Positions 38,785 to 47,844 of a DNA stretch of 64,000 nt are shown one piece after another. Each line of letters opens with the position of its first letter. Positions within the stretch are counted from its first letter, which is position 1. The DNA lies in IMG/VR virus record IMGVR_UViG_3300043823_000198, positions 64,001 through 128,000 of that record; one strand, written 5' to 3'. Source of the stretch: a virus. A program made the translations under genes and the position numbers. The notes beneath the pieces are model-generated. The model was not told the DNA's origin and did no database searches. It saw only the letters and a list, made by a program, of their open reading frames with translations.

Positions 38785-39933
38785 ATGGCCAAATTTGATG
38801 TTGCGTTCCAGTCCCAGTTTGAAAATACTCTAAATGAGATGTATCCTGATGTTCAAACAAAAGGTTCAGTTACACGTTCCCAACTGATTGAAGTGATGGA
38901 AAAGATCGGTACCAAAACTTATCCAACATGGTTGATGGAAAATAAAATCGGTCGTGGCTTATATGCGATTGGTGGTAAACCTGCTGTCGTTGGTAACACA
39001 GCTTTAAAAGAGAAAGAATCATTTGTTGTGGACTATACAGATACAGAATCTTTGATCCCATCCAAGGATCCAAACTTTGTTCCTTTCGGTAACTATACTG
39101 ACCTTGACTCAATCATCAAGGCAAAATTATTCTACCCTGCATACATCAGTGGTCCAACTGGTAATGGTAAATCTACCATGATCGAGCAGATCTGCGCGAA
39201 ACACAAGCGTCCTCTGATTCGTGTTAACTTAAACATGATGACAGATGAAGAACAACTCATCGGTACCAAAACCCTTGAAGACGGTAACGTAAAAATTGTT
39301 GAAGGTCCAGTTCTTATCGCAATGCGTACTGGTTGTACCCTGTTGCTTGATGAAATTGACGCTGGTTCAGCAAACACTTTGCTTTGCTTACAACCTATTC
39401 TTGAGGGTAAACCTTATTACTTCAAACTTAAGAACGAGATGATCGTTCCTGCTCCTGGTTTCAATGTGTTCGCAACTGCCAACACAAAGGGTAAAGGTTC
39501 AGACGATGGTCGTTACATCGGTACAAACGTATTGAACGAAGCATTCTTGGAACGTTTCGCAGTTACCTTTGAACAAGACTATCCAAACTCAAAGGTGGAA
39601 TTGAAGATTATTGAGAATCTGATGATCTCTTTTGGTTGCGAAGATAAAGAGTTCGCAGAAACATTGGTAAAGTGGGCAGATGCAATTCGTCGCACTTTTG
39701 CCGATGGTGGTGTCGATGAGACAATTACAACTCGTCGTATGATTCACATTGTTCGTGCTTATGCAATCTTCAAGAAACGTGAGAAGGCTGTTGAGCTTTG
39801 CTGTAATCGTTTTGACTCTGCAACAAAAGCAGCGTTCATTGACCTTTACGATAAAGTTGCAACTCCTACTCCAGATCCTGTAGTTGTACCCGAACCCATT
39901 CCTGCAACACCTTCAGATGAAGTGCCATTTTAA
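38785..39933 (+). CDS. cobS: CobS/MoxR-like AAA+ ATPase
   Basis: GPTGNGKS, LLLDEID, ATANTKGKGSDDGRYIGTNVLNEAFLERF, ITTRR; ATG 38785 after GGAG. Confidence 0.9.
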   Translation: MAKFDVAFQSQFENTLNEMYPDVQTKGSVTRSQLIEVMEKIGTKTYPTWLMENKIGRGLYAIGGKPAVVGNTALKEKESFVVDYTDTESLIPSKDPNFVPFGNYTDLDSIIKAKLFYPAYISGPTGNGKSTMIEQICAKHKRPLIRVNLNMMTDEEQLIGTKTLEDGNVKIVEGPVLIAMRTGCTLLLDEIDAGSANTLLCLQPILEGKPYYFKLKNEMIVPAPGFNVFATANTKGKGSDDGRYIGTNVLNEAFLERFAVTFEQDYPNSKVELKIIENLMISFGCEDKEFAETLVKWADAIRRTFADGGVDETITTRRMIHIVRAYAIFKKREKAVELCCNRFDSATKAAFIDLYDKVATPTPDPVVVPEPIPATPSDEVPF

Positions 39934-39934
39934 T

Positions 39935-39963
39935 TTGACATTTACTATTTTTTGTAGTATAAT
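39935..39963 (+). promoter_or_regulatory. sigma70 consensus promoter TTGACA-N17-TATAAT
   Basis: Exact consensus, intergenic. Confidence 0.85.
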
Positions 39964-39994
39964 TGTGTTTGAAACTTGATAAAGGAAATTAATT

Positions 39995-40456
39995 ATGTTA
40001 AAATTCAAAGATCTTTCGAAGTCACAAAAAGACTTCATCGTCCGTACTCTTGAGAAATTCCCTGAGTATCGCACTGAGAAAACCTTGGGAGCGAAGCAAA
40101 TCCATGCTTCATATTATGCTCTGAAGGATGATCGAGGTTCAAGTGGTGAGAAGTTGGGTTATCCTAACTGGCTCCAGAAGGAGAACCGTGTAGGTCGTGG
40201 AACTTATGAGATGCCATGGCCAACTGAGTCAGAACTTTCTGACTATGCGAAACCTGTTGTTGCAAAGGCAAAGGTTAAAGTAGCAACTGCAAAAGTTGTT
40301 AAGAATAAAACAGTAGCAAAGGTTACTAAAGCGAAACCTGCTGCTGATCTTTCCGAGACTACTCGTCTTGAGAAGATCATTGATGACTCTGTTGAAGTTG
40401 ATGAAGATGTCGAAGACTTCAATCAGATTCTACGCGAAAACGGCATCGAAGTCTAA
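39995..40456 (+). CDS. Hypothetical early protein; N-domain resembles CobS-like N-terminus, Lys/Ala-rich linker
   Basis: AAGGA SD; YPNWLQKENRVGRGTY vs YPTWLMENKIGRGLY in upstream ATPase. Confidence 0.65.
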   Translation: MLKFKDLSKSQKDFIVRTLEKFPEYRTEKTLGAKQIHASYYALKDDRGSSGEKLGYPNWLQKENRVGRGTYEMPWPTESELSDYAKPVVAKAKVKVATAKVVKNKTVAKVTKAKPAADLSETTRLEKIIDDSVEVDEDVEDFNQILRENGIEV

Positions 40457-40468
40457 TCGCGTTCTTAT

Positions 40469-40508
40469 ACCAGAGAGGTTACTGCCATCTCCTCTCTGGT
40501 TTTTTTTT
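40469..40508 (+). terminator. Probable terminator CCAGAGAGG...CCTCTCTGG + T9
   Basis: 9-bp stem followed by long T-tract. Confidence 0.75.
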
Positions 40509-40536
40509 CATATGATGGTTTATTATGGAGATACTA

Positions 40537-40800
40537 ATGTCAAAGCAAGATACGTTGTTAAGTAATCTAAAAGCAGGTCGTGAATTTACTGCGAAACAAA
40601 TTAAGGGTTCATTTGGTATTGCACATCCAGCTTCTGCGATTCGTAACTTACGTGAGAAGGGTTATTGTGTATATTCAAATACAGCTACATTGTCCGATGG
40701 AACAAAGACTACCAAATATCGTTTGGGTGCACCAAGCAAACGTATGGTTCGTCTAGCGAATTTCATCTTGGGCGCATCTGCATTTAGAGCACAGAAGTAA
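40537..40800 (+). CDS. Small winged-HTH-like DNA-binding protein
   Basis: FTAKQIKGSFGIAHPASAIRNLREKGYCVY...YRLG pattern; GGAG SD. Confidence 0.65.
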   Translation: MSKQDTLLSNLKAGREFTAKQIKGSFGIAHPASAIRNLREKGYCVYSNTATLSDGTKTTKYRLGAPSKRMVRLANFILGASAFRAQK

Positions 40801-40836
40801 TTATGTGGGTCTGCGGTCCAGACCCTGGAGAATTTA

Positions 40837-40941
40837 ATGGCTGATCTTTTACCCTTCGTTATTGTTATTGGTGTTGTTGCTTATCTGGTATACAAACTGA
40901 TCAGCCATTGTAAAAATACAGATCTATCATCGGAGGATTAA
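40837..40941 (+). CDS. Small single-TM membrane peptide (34 aa), not in ORF track
   Basis: GGAG SD; MADLLPFVIVIGVVAYLVYKLISH...; TAATG coupling to next gene. Confidence 0.55.
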   Translation: MADLLPFVIVIGVVAYLVYKLISHCKNTDLSSED

Positions 40942-41294
40942 TGGCACGAGACACAATCGTTACTGTTAAAGATAAAGTAAAAGCAAGTCAGACTGCCACT
41001 ACTGGGGGCAGAAAATTTGATGGAGGTAAACCACAATATGGTTTACTTCCTCCCTTGGCGCTAGAAGAAACTGCGAAAGTGTTAACATTCGGAGCTCAGA
41101 AATATGAACCTGATAATTGGAAATATGTACCTGATTCTAAACGTCGCTATTTTGATGCCTTACAACGCCACCTATGGCAGTGGAAGCAAGGAGAACAGAA
41201 CGATGCAGAGACTGGATTGTCGCATTTGGGACACGCGATGTGTTGCCTAATGTTTTTGTATGAGCATGATGTGAAGTATTCTTTGGAGAAATGA
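40941..41294 (+). CDS. DUF5664-type (dATP/dGTP diphosphohydrolase-like) protein
   Basis: GRKFDGGKPQYGLLP, VLTFGAQKY..DNW, ALQRHL, ETGLSHLGHAMCCLMFL. Confidence 0.8.
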   Translation: MARDTIVTVKDKVKASQTATTGGRKFDGGKPQYGLLPPLALEETAKVLTFGAQKYEPDNWKYVPDSKRRYFDALQRHLWQWKQGEQNDAETGLSHLGHAMCCLMFLYEHDVKYSLEK

Positions 41295-41319
41295 TTGTGA
41301 ATATTTGGAATAAGAAATA

Positions 41320-41673
41320 ATGACAACTGAACAGATTGTTTACGGATCGCTGGTTTGGTTTATTGTAACGATTATTACCTATACACATTGTTCTTGGGAA
41401 AACATCAAGGAATGTTATGGGATGTTGCTGACCAAAGAGTATTGGACAAGTTATAATATTGTTGATGCTTCCGCATGGTTGGCAAAGGCAATGATTATTA
41501 TTCCAGGACTTATCTGGGGTGTTCAGGTTTGGCAACTATACTGGATTGCATTGGGAACTTCCGTTGCTTTAATCTGGTCAAGTTATAAGAGAGCAAGCCC
41601 AAACGTATTGGCGTTCAATACAATTTGGTGTTGGATCAGTTGCATGGTTCTGGCGCAACATTTAGTAAAATAA
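41320..41673 (+). CDS. Trp-rich multi-pass membrane protein
   Basis: 3-4 hydrophobic stretches. Confidence 0.6.
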   Translation: MTTEQIVYGSLVWFIVTIITYTHCSWENIKECYGMLLTKEYWTSYNIVDASAWLAKAMIIIPGLIWGVQVWQLYWIALGTSVALIWSSYKRASPNVLAFNTIWCWISCMVLAQHLVK

Positions 41674-41675
41674 AT

Positions 41676-41704
41676 TTGACAAACCGAGCGAAAATTAGTA
41701 TAAT
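41676..41704 (+). promoter_or_regulatory. sigma70 consensus promoter TTGACA-N17-TATAAT for gp45 operon
   Basis: Exact consensus. Confidence 0.85.
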
Positions 41705-41743
41705 CTTTTATACATATTATATAATCAACAAGAAGGAAACATA

Positions 41744-42400
41744 ATGAAATTAAGTAAAGAAACCGTAGGATTGATCAAGAACTTTGCTGGTATTAACAGC
41801 AACCTGTTGTTGAAGTCTGGTAATAAACTTGCCACAATCTCGGCTCAGAAAAATGTGATGGCTGACGCAACTGTCAAAGAAACATTCCCTGATTTTGGTA
41901 TCTATGATCTCAATGAGTTCCTGGGTGCTATGTCTATCTTTGAAGATCCTGAGTTGGTTTTCAGTGAGAAATATGTTACTATTAAGCAAGGTAACATGAG
42001 CATTAAATATTTTGCTGCAGAAGCGAGTGTATTAACTGCACCTCAGAAATCAATTACCTTTCCACAAGCAGAAATTGAATTTAAACTTACTGCAGGTGTT
42101 TTAGATATGATTCGAAGAACTGCTGGTGTACTCCGAGCATCTGATTTAACTATTTCTGGTGACGGTAAAAACATTACTGCGATTGTTGGTGATAAAAAGA
42201 ACGCAACAGGTAATACCTTTCAAGAACCAGTTGGAGAAACTGATAAGAAATTTACGGTTAATCTGAAAGTTGAAAATCTAAAAATGCTTCCAGGTGATTA
42301 TAATGTAAGTGTATCTTCAAAGAAAATCTCTCGTTTTTCTGGCGCAGGCGATTTGGTATATTACGTTGCTGTTGAAGCTGACTCTTCTTTCGATTTCTAA
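41744..42400 (+). CDS. gp45: Sliding clamp gp45
   Basis: MKLSKET...KNFAGIN, FGIYDLNEFL, ENLKMLPGDY, YYVAVE. Confidence 0.95.
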   Translation: MKLSKETVGLIKNFAGINSNLLLKSGNKLATISAQKNVMADATVKETFPDFGIYDLNEFLGAMSIFEDPELVFSEKYVTIKQGNMSIKYFAAEASVLTAPQKSITFPQAEIEFKLTAGVLDMIRRTAGVLRASDLTISGDGKNITAIVGDKKNATGNTFQEPVGETDKKFTVNLKVENLKMLPGDYNVSVSSKKISRFSGAGDLVYYVAVEADSSFDF

Positions 42401-42401
42401 G

Positions 42402-43886
42402 ATGAAGAAAACAATTATTCTTGGTGGTGGAACTGCTGGTCTTGTATCAGCACTTATCCTTAAGAAGGCATTCCCTCTCGACACAATCACAATCATCGAA
42501 TCTGATGAGATTGGAATTGTTGGAGTGGGAGAAGGTTCAACAGAACACTGGAGAAACTTCCTAGAATTTTGTGAGATTGATACCGCAACACTTGTCAGAG
42601 ATACAGATGCTACTCTGAAGAAGGGTATTAAATTTGAAAACTGGAATGGTGATGGTAAGAGTTATTTTCATGCTCTTGCTGAACCATTCTATACCGAATA
42701 TTCTAGGGCGTATCCTTCTGGTAATACGTTCATTCGAACATTAATTGCTCATGATATAAAAACTCAAGAGTTGTTAACAGACACAAATTTAATTTACTAC
42801 AATGGTGGTATTCGTTCAACGAACCAATATCAATTTAACACATTCAAACTGAATGCATTCCTACATAAAGTTGCTGCTGAACGTGGTGTTGAAATTGTAA
42901 AAGACACTATCTCCGATGTTCAATTGAACTCAGTTGGGGATGTTGAATCTCTACTTGGTTCGGAAGGTGTTGTTTATCGTGCTGATCTTTTCATTGATAG
43001 TAGCGGATTCAAGCGTGTGATCTCTTCTAAACTTGGAGCCAAATGGGTTTCATATAAGAAGTATCTACCAATGAATCATGCGTTGGCATTCCCAACTGAA
43101 GATGTATCAGATCTAAAGGCATATACGTTGTCGAGAGCTCTGTCTTCTGGATGGAACTGGAGAATTCCAACTCAAAGTCGATACGGTAATGGGTATGTTT
43201 TCTGTGATGAGTTTCAAACATCAGAACAGGCACTCGCAGAAGTCCAATCTTTTTACTCCGAAGAAGTAAAGGTTGTGAAAGATATTAAGTTTGAGGCAGG
43301 ACGTGTTGATCAATTCTGGATCAACAATTGTGTTTCAGTAGGGTTATCTGCTTCATTCGTTGAGCCATTGGAAGCTACAAGTATTGGTAATTCTATTCTT
43401 CAGGCATTTGGTCTTGTTGAGATGTTACAGACATGGTATTATGACAGAGGTGTCGCCAACATCTACAATAAAAAGTTCATCGGATGTTTCGATAACATTG
43501 TTGACTTTGTACAGTTACATTATGTTACTAAACGAGAAGACACTGAGTTTTGGAGAACTATAAAGAACACGATGGTAATGACAGATTTTAATGCTGCGAA
43601 CTTAGAAACATTTAAGAAAGCCATCCCTTGTCAGCAATACTTTGGTGGATATCATCAGTTTAACATGTTCAATGCTCCGAATTACATACAAGTAATGCAT
43701 GGGCTAGAAATGTTTGACCTTGATGCTATTCGAGAGTATAATAAAACCTATATGTCTCAGGAAACTGTTAACAAAGAACTAGAAACATACAATAAACATC
43801 TGGAGAATCTTAAGAAAGAATCTTTGATTGAACATAAAGTTTTGCTTGAACAGAACAGATATGTTCTACAATTTGAACCACAATAA
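42402..43886 (+). CDS. Flavin-dependent tryptophan halogenase-like protein
   Basis: GGGTAG, IVGVGEGST, ATLKKGIKFENW, FIDSSGF, WNWRIP (WxWxIP), FVEPLEATSI. Confidence 0.9.
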   Translation: MKKTIILGGGTAGLVSALILKKAFPLDTITIIESDEIGIVGVGEGSTEHWRNFLEFCEIDTATLVRDTDATLKKGIKFENWNGDGKSYFHALAEPFYTEYSRAYPSGNTFIRTLIAHDIKTQELLTDTNLIYYNGGIRSTNQYQFNTFKLNAFLHKVAAERGVEIVKDTISDVQLNSVGDVESLLGSEGVVYRADLFIDSSGFKRVISSKLGAKWVSYKKYLPMNHALAFPTEDVSDLKAYTLSRALSSGWNWRIPTQSRYGNGYVFCDEFQTSEQALAEVQSFYSEEVKVVKDIKFEAGRVDQFWINNCVSVGLSASFVEPLEATSIGNSILQAFGLVEMLQTWYYDRGVANIYNKKFIGCFDNIVDFVQLHYVTKREDTEFWRTIKNTMVMTDFNAANLETFKKAIPCQQYFGGYHQFNMFNAPNYIQVMHGLEMFDLDAIREYNKTYMSQETVNKELETYNKHLENLKKESLIEHKVLLEQNRYVLQFEPQ

Positions 43887-43921
43887 TAGCTACACTTGCA
43901 AAATTTATTTGAGGATTTGTA

Positions 43922-44872
43922 ATGATTGAATTTCGTGATGACCAATTTCTTTGGGTTGAGAAGTATCGCCCACAGAAGATTGATGACTGTGTTCTCCCTG
44001 ATAGTTTGAAAGAAACATTTAAGCAATACGTTGCTCAGGGCGAACTCCCGCACTTCCTGTTGTCTGGAACTGCTGGTATTGGAAAGACAACTATTGCCAA
44101 AGCTCTATGTAATGAGATTGGCGCTGAGTATATTATGATCAACGGCTCAGAGGAATCTGGTATCGACACTCTTCGAATTAAGATTAAAGGGTTCGCCTCA
44201 ACTGTATCTCTCACTGATTCGCCGAAGGTTATTATTATCGATGAGGCAGATTATCTGCAAGCGAACTCTACTCAACCTGCTCTTCGTAGCTTCATTGAAG
44301 AGTTCTCTTCAAATTGTCGTTTCATCTTTACGTGTAACTTTAAGAACCGAATTCTTGAAGCGATTCATTCGCGTTGCGCCTGTATTGACTTTAAGATTGA
44401 TCCAAAAGACAAACAGGTTCTACTTGGAACTTTCTTCAAGAGAGCATCTATCATCCTAAAGCAGGAAGGTGTTGAGTTTGATCCAAAGGTTGTGGCTGAA
44501 TTGATCACCAAACACTTTCCTGATTATCGTCGTGTTTTAAATGAACTCCAACGATACAGCGTGTCTGGTAAAATTGATTCTGGTATCCTTGTTAACATGA
44601 GCGAAGAATCTTTCAAAGACCTTATTAAGTTGATGAAAGAAAAAGACTTTACCAGTGTACGTAAGTGGGTCGGCAAACATTCTGATGCTGATACTGTTGC
44701 CTTGTTCCGAGAGTTCTATGATACGGCAGCAAACTTTATGGTTGCTGGAAGTATCCCTCAGATGGTTCTTATTCTTGCAGACTATCAGTACAAGGCAGCT
44801 TTCGTTGCTGACCATGAGTTAAATATCATGGCTGCGATGACTGAGATAATGGCTGACTGTAAATTTAAGTGA
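43922..44872 (+). CDS. gp44: Clamp loader large subunit gp44
   Basis: LWVEKYRP, GTAGIGKTT, IIDEAD, HSRC. Confidence 0.96.
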   Translation: MIEFRDDQFLWVEKYRPQKIDDCVLPDSLKETFKQYVAQGELPHFLLSGTAGIGKTTIAKALCNEIGAEYIMINGSEESGIDTLRIKIKGFASTVSLTDSPKVIIIDEADYLQANSTQPALRSFIEEFSSNCRFIFTCNFKNRILEAIHSRCACIDFKIDPKDKQVLLGTFFKRASIILKQEGVEFDPKVVAELITKHFPDYRRVLNELQRYSVSGKIDSGILVNMSEESFKDLIKLMKEKDFTSVRKWVGKHSDADTVALFREFYDTAANFMVAGSIPQMVLILADYQYKAAFVADHELNIMAAMTEIMADCKFK

Positions 44873-44879
44873 GATTGCC

Positions 44880-45200
44880 ATGGATTATTTGTTATATATA
44901 GTGGTATGGACAATGGGTGCAGTTTTTGGTTGGTATGCTAGGGAACGTCATGCGAGAAGACTTATTGATCGCTTGATTATAAATCATCATCAAGAATTAA
45001 AATCAACCAAACCATTAGAAGATACTGTCATTCATGTTGTAATTGAAAAGCATAATGGCTTTTTTTATGTTTGGGGTAAAAATAAGCATGATTTTATGGC
45101 TCAGGGTTCGACTAGAAAAGAACTCGAAGAAAATCTTGCAAAGAGATACCCCGATAAATTATTCGCAGCAACTACAGAAAATCTAAAGGTGTTCGAATGA
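44880..45200 (+). CDS. Hypothetical protein with N-terminal TM segment
   Basis: Between gp44 and gp62; FMAQG motif. Confidence 0.55.
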   Translation: MDYLLYIVVWTMGAVFGWYARERHARRLIDRLIINHHQELKSTKPLEDTVIHVVIEKHNGFFYVWGKNKHDFMAQGSTRKELEENLAKRYPDKLFAATTENLKVFE

Positions 45201-45580
45201 GCCCATTTGATTTTTTAAACGCAATAAATCTAACTAAGGAGGACTTGTTTAAAGATAATCCACAAGCAAGGAAAGATTATAGCGCATTTCTTATAAATAG
45301 AGGGTTATCATATTTTCCTGATACTATCTTTTATGCAAACGAGATGAATCAACGTCATAGTTTGGATGAAGATATGCAGTTTTCTTTTTGCCTAAATATT
45401 ATTTCAAAGAAGAAGAGATTCAGTAAATGGTCTAAAAAAGATCCAGCTACCGAAAACCTTCAACTGGTTAAAGAGTATTATGGATATTCAAGTGAAAAAG
45501 CGACAGAAGCGTTAAAGATTTTGTCAGATGAAGACTTGATTATGATAAAAGAAAAACTAAATAAAGGTGGAAAATCATGA
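45197..45580 (+). CDS. gp62: Clamp loader small subunit gp62
   Basis: FLINRGLSYFPDTIFYANEMN, KKRFSKW, VKEYYGYS. Confidence 0.93.
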   Translation: MSPFDFLNAINLTKEDLFKDNPQARKDYSAFLINRGLSYFPDTIFYANEMNQRHSLDEDMQFSFCLNIISKKKRFSKWSKKDPATENLQLVKEYYGYSSEKATEALKILSDEDLIMIKEKLNKGGKS

Positions 45581-45996
45581 CAGTTGAAATGATTTATTAC
45601 GACTGGACGCCAGAGTCTATGCTTGAAGTGGTCTTGCCAGAACCAGATGCGTTTCTGAAGGTTCGCGAAACTCTTACTCGCATTGGAATCGCATCCAGAA
45701 AAGAAAACAAACTTTATCAATCTTGCCATATTTTACATAAGCAAGGTAGATATTTTATCGTTCACTTCAAAGAATTATTTGCTTTGGACGGTAAAGAATC
45801 AAATATCACTGCTGGTGATATTGAGCGTAGAAATGCCATTGCCAGTCTGTTGGCTGATTGGGAACTTTTAAAGATACTAAATAGTTCGCAGGCTGAGCAA
45901 AAAGCATCTCTGTCGCAAATCAAGGTTGTCTCTTTTAAAGAGAAGGACCAATGGGAATTAGTACCGAAATACAACATAGGAAAGAAAACAAAATGA
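45577..45996 (+). CDS. regA: Translational repressor RegA
   Basis: FLKVRETLTRIGIAS, LYQSCHILHKQGRYFIVHFKELF. Confidence 0.96.
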   Translation: MTVEMIYYDWTPESMLEVVLPEPDAFLKVRETLTRIGIASRKENKLYQSCHILHKQGRYFIVHFKELFALDGKESNITAGDIERRNAIASLLADWELLKILNSSQAEQKASLSQIKVVSFKEKDQWELVPKYNIGKKTK

Positions 45997-46208
45997 TCAA
46001 ACTTGAACTTGAAATTAATGAAGTAAATATGATTCTTGCAGTTTTGGGTAAACATCCATTCGAGGAAGTTGTTGCTCTAGTAAGCAAAATCAAAACTCAG
46101 GGCGACCCACAAGCGCAAGCCATCGCTGATGCTGCAGCTGCTGCTCAGGCACCACAAGCACCTGCTGATCAAGCTGCTCAGGCACCACAAGCACCTGCTG
46201 CTCAATAA
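45993..46208 (+). CDS. Small protein with Ala/Gln/Pro-rich tail (28-bp direct repeat at 46140 and 46173)
   Basis: LEINEVNMILAVLGKHPFEEV..L..KIK.Q; ATGA-type overlap with regA. Confidence 0.65.
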   Translation: MIKLELEINEVNMILAVLGKHPFEEVVALVSKIKTQGDPQAQAIADAAAAAQAPQAPADQAAQAPQAPAAQ

Positions 46209-46219
46209 AGGAAACTAGA

Positions 46220-46414
46220 ATGACAGATTCAGTAGTAATACTTCCAGTAACAGAACCTAAAACAGTAGAACAACCCGACGTTGATTCTATAAAAAAACAA
46301 CTAGAAGCTAACGCTGCGACAGAACTCTCTACGCACCAAGCTAAAGTAGAAACTGATCGTATTGCTGCTCTTGCTGACTCTGCTACTAAGTTTCCTGAGT
46401 ATCATAAACAGTAA
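46220..46414 (+). CDS. Hypothetical protein (64 aa)
   Basis: AAGGA SD. Confidence 0.55.
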   Translation: MTDSVVILPVTEPKTVEQPDVDSIKKQLEANAATELSTHQAKVETDRIAALADSATKFPEYHKQ

Positions 46415-46417
46415 AAA

Positions 46418-46551
46418 GAATTCATCTTAGGACCGCTAAGTACGAATCGTTGGTAAAGCGGATGTGACGTACGACATCGCTGGAACTCGTAACCAGTATT
46501 AACTGTCTCGCCTTCGGGGAGATAATTTATATTAAACTCGCTTAATAGGAG
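46418..46551 (+). ncRNA. Putative structured RNA / 5' leader of Hsp20
   Basis: GC-enriched 145-nt intergenic region with consecutive hairpins incl. a UUCG-capped stem. Confidence 0.45.
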
Positions 46552-46559
46552 AAAACAAA

Positions 46560-47048
46560 ATGACAAAATCATTCATTCCAACATTTTTTAGTCAAGATTT
46601 ATTCAAAGACTTCGATAAAGTATTCGTAGGATTTGATGACAATTTCAAACGCATGCAGCAATTGCATGATGATCTGACTAAAGACATCCCAAACTATCCA
46701 CCATTTAATGTTCGTAAGAACGGAAACACATACACGATCGAGATCGCTGTAGCTGGTTTCGCTCAAAACGAAATTGATATTACAATTGATGGTGGTAAAT
46801 TAATTGTTAAGGGTAACTCTTCTTCGACAGAACCAGAAGACAACTTTTTATTCAAGGGTATTGCTAATCGTGCGTTTACTCGCGCATGGGCTATCGGTGA
46901 TACTTATGAAGTTAAAGACGCAGAAATTTTCAATGGTATTTTAAAAATTGCTCTTGATAAATTGGTTCCTGAAACACCAAAAGCAAAAAAAGTGCCAGTC
47001 AAAAATGGTAACGAAAAACAATATTTGACTGAGGAAAATTCTTTATGA
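46560..47048 (+). CDS. hsp20: Small heat-shock protein (Hsp20/IbpA-like)
   Basis: NYPPFNV, IEIAVAGF, KGIANRAFTR, AEIFNGILKI. Confidence 0.95.
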   Translation: MTKSFIPTFFSQDLFKDFDKVFVGFDDNFKRMQQLHDDLTKDIPNYPPFNVRKNGNTYTIEIAVAGFAQNEIDITIDGGKLIVKGNSSSTEPEDNFLFKGIANRAFTRAWAIGDTYEVKDAEIFNGILKIALDKLVPETPKAKKVPVKNGNEKQYLTEENSL

Positions 47049-47152
47049 AAGCACTAAATGCATTAAAGAGATTTTTAATTACTATGGGCGAAGCTGTTAT
47101 TGAAGCCAGAAAGGCTCGAGCATCAGCTATCGTTAAAGGTATCGGAAGATGA
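47045..47152 (+). CDS. Small basic peptide (35 aa)
   Basis: GAGGA SD; ATGA overlaps at both ends; not in ORF track. Confidence 0.5.
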   Translation: MKALNALKRFLITMGEAVIEARKARASAIVKGIGR

Positions 47153-47304
47153 TCTTATTTAATTTAATAACAAGATTATTTACTTTACCTTCTGAACAAA
47201 CGACCCTTGAAAATTTTATTACCAGTAAACGCCCAACAAATGGCGCAGAAGTTGATCATTGGATACGTTATTACTACGATAATAAGTCGAGGATTTTATT
47301 ATGA
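47149..47304 (+). CDS. Small hypothetical protein (51 aa)
   Basis: ATGA coupling; LENFITSKRPTNGAEVDHWIRYY. Confidence 0.5.
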   Translation: MILFNLITRLFTLPSEQTTLENFITSKRPTNGAEVDHWIRYYYDNKSRILL

Positions 47305-47387
47305 ACCAATGGATACCTATGACTGATGATGATTGGGATTGGGTTAATGGTAAAGTGCCAGCTAACCCAAATAACAAAACAAAGTGA
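47301..47387 (+). CDS. Small peptide (28 aa, MNQWIPMTDDDWDWVNGK...)
   Basis: GAGGA SD; ATGA coupling. Confidence 0.45.
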   Translation: MNQWIPMTDDDWDWVNGKVPANPNNKTK

Positions 47388-47394
47388 GAACAAT

Positions 47395-47844
47395 ATGTCT
47401 GTAACATTAAAAAATCTTGAGAGTGCATTGGCTGGCGAATCAATGGCTCATATCAAATATCGATATTTCGCTAAACTTGCACGTGCTGAAGGATATGAAG
47501 AAGTTGCTCAACACTTTGAACACACAGCTGATCAAGAAATATTACATGCTTGGGGTCATCTAGAATTGCTAATCGGTAAGCCATCTACTAAAGAATGTCT
47601 AGAGAAAGCAATTGAAGGTGAAACATATGAGTATACTCATATGTATCCACAAATGGAAGCTGAAGCAAGAGGTGAAGGACTGTTAGAAGCTGCTTCTGAG
47701 GCTGCAGAACAAATCGCAGAATCTAAAGAGCATGCTGAGCAATTTAAAGAAATTCTTGCTAAAGCACAAAAGCGTTTCAATGCTCTTAAGAAAGTTGAAC
47801 AACGTCATGCTGATGCATATAAACAAGTAAAGGATACATTATGA
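47395..47844 (+). CDS. rbr: Rubrerythrin (short, di-iron domain only)
   Basis: TLKNLESALAGESMAHIKYRYFA, QEILHA, AIEGETYEYTHMYP, ESKEHA. Confidence 0.92.
   Translation: MSVTLKNLESALAGESMAHIKYRYFAKLARAEGYEEVAQHFEHTADQEILHAWGHLELLIGKPSTKECLEKAIEGETYEYTHMYPQMEAEARGEGLLEAASEAAEQIAESKEHAEQFKEILAKAQKRFNALKKVEQRHADAYKQVKDTL

Noticed and set aside
36521-39933. Cobalamin biosynthesis AMG
   Set aside because: No CobN or other cob genes; better explained as MoxR/vWA chaperone pair
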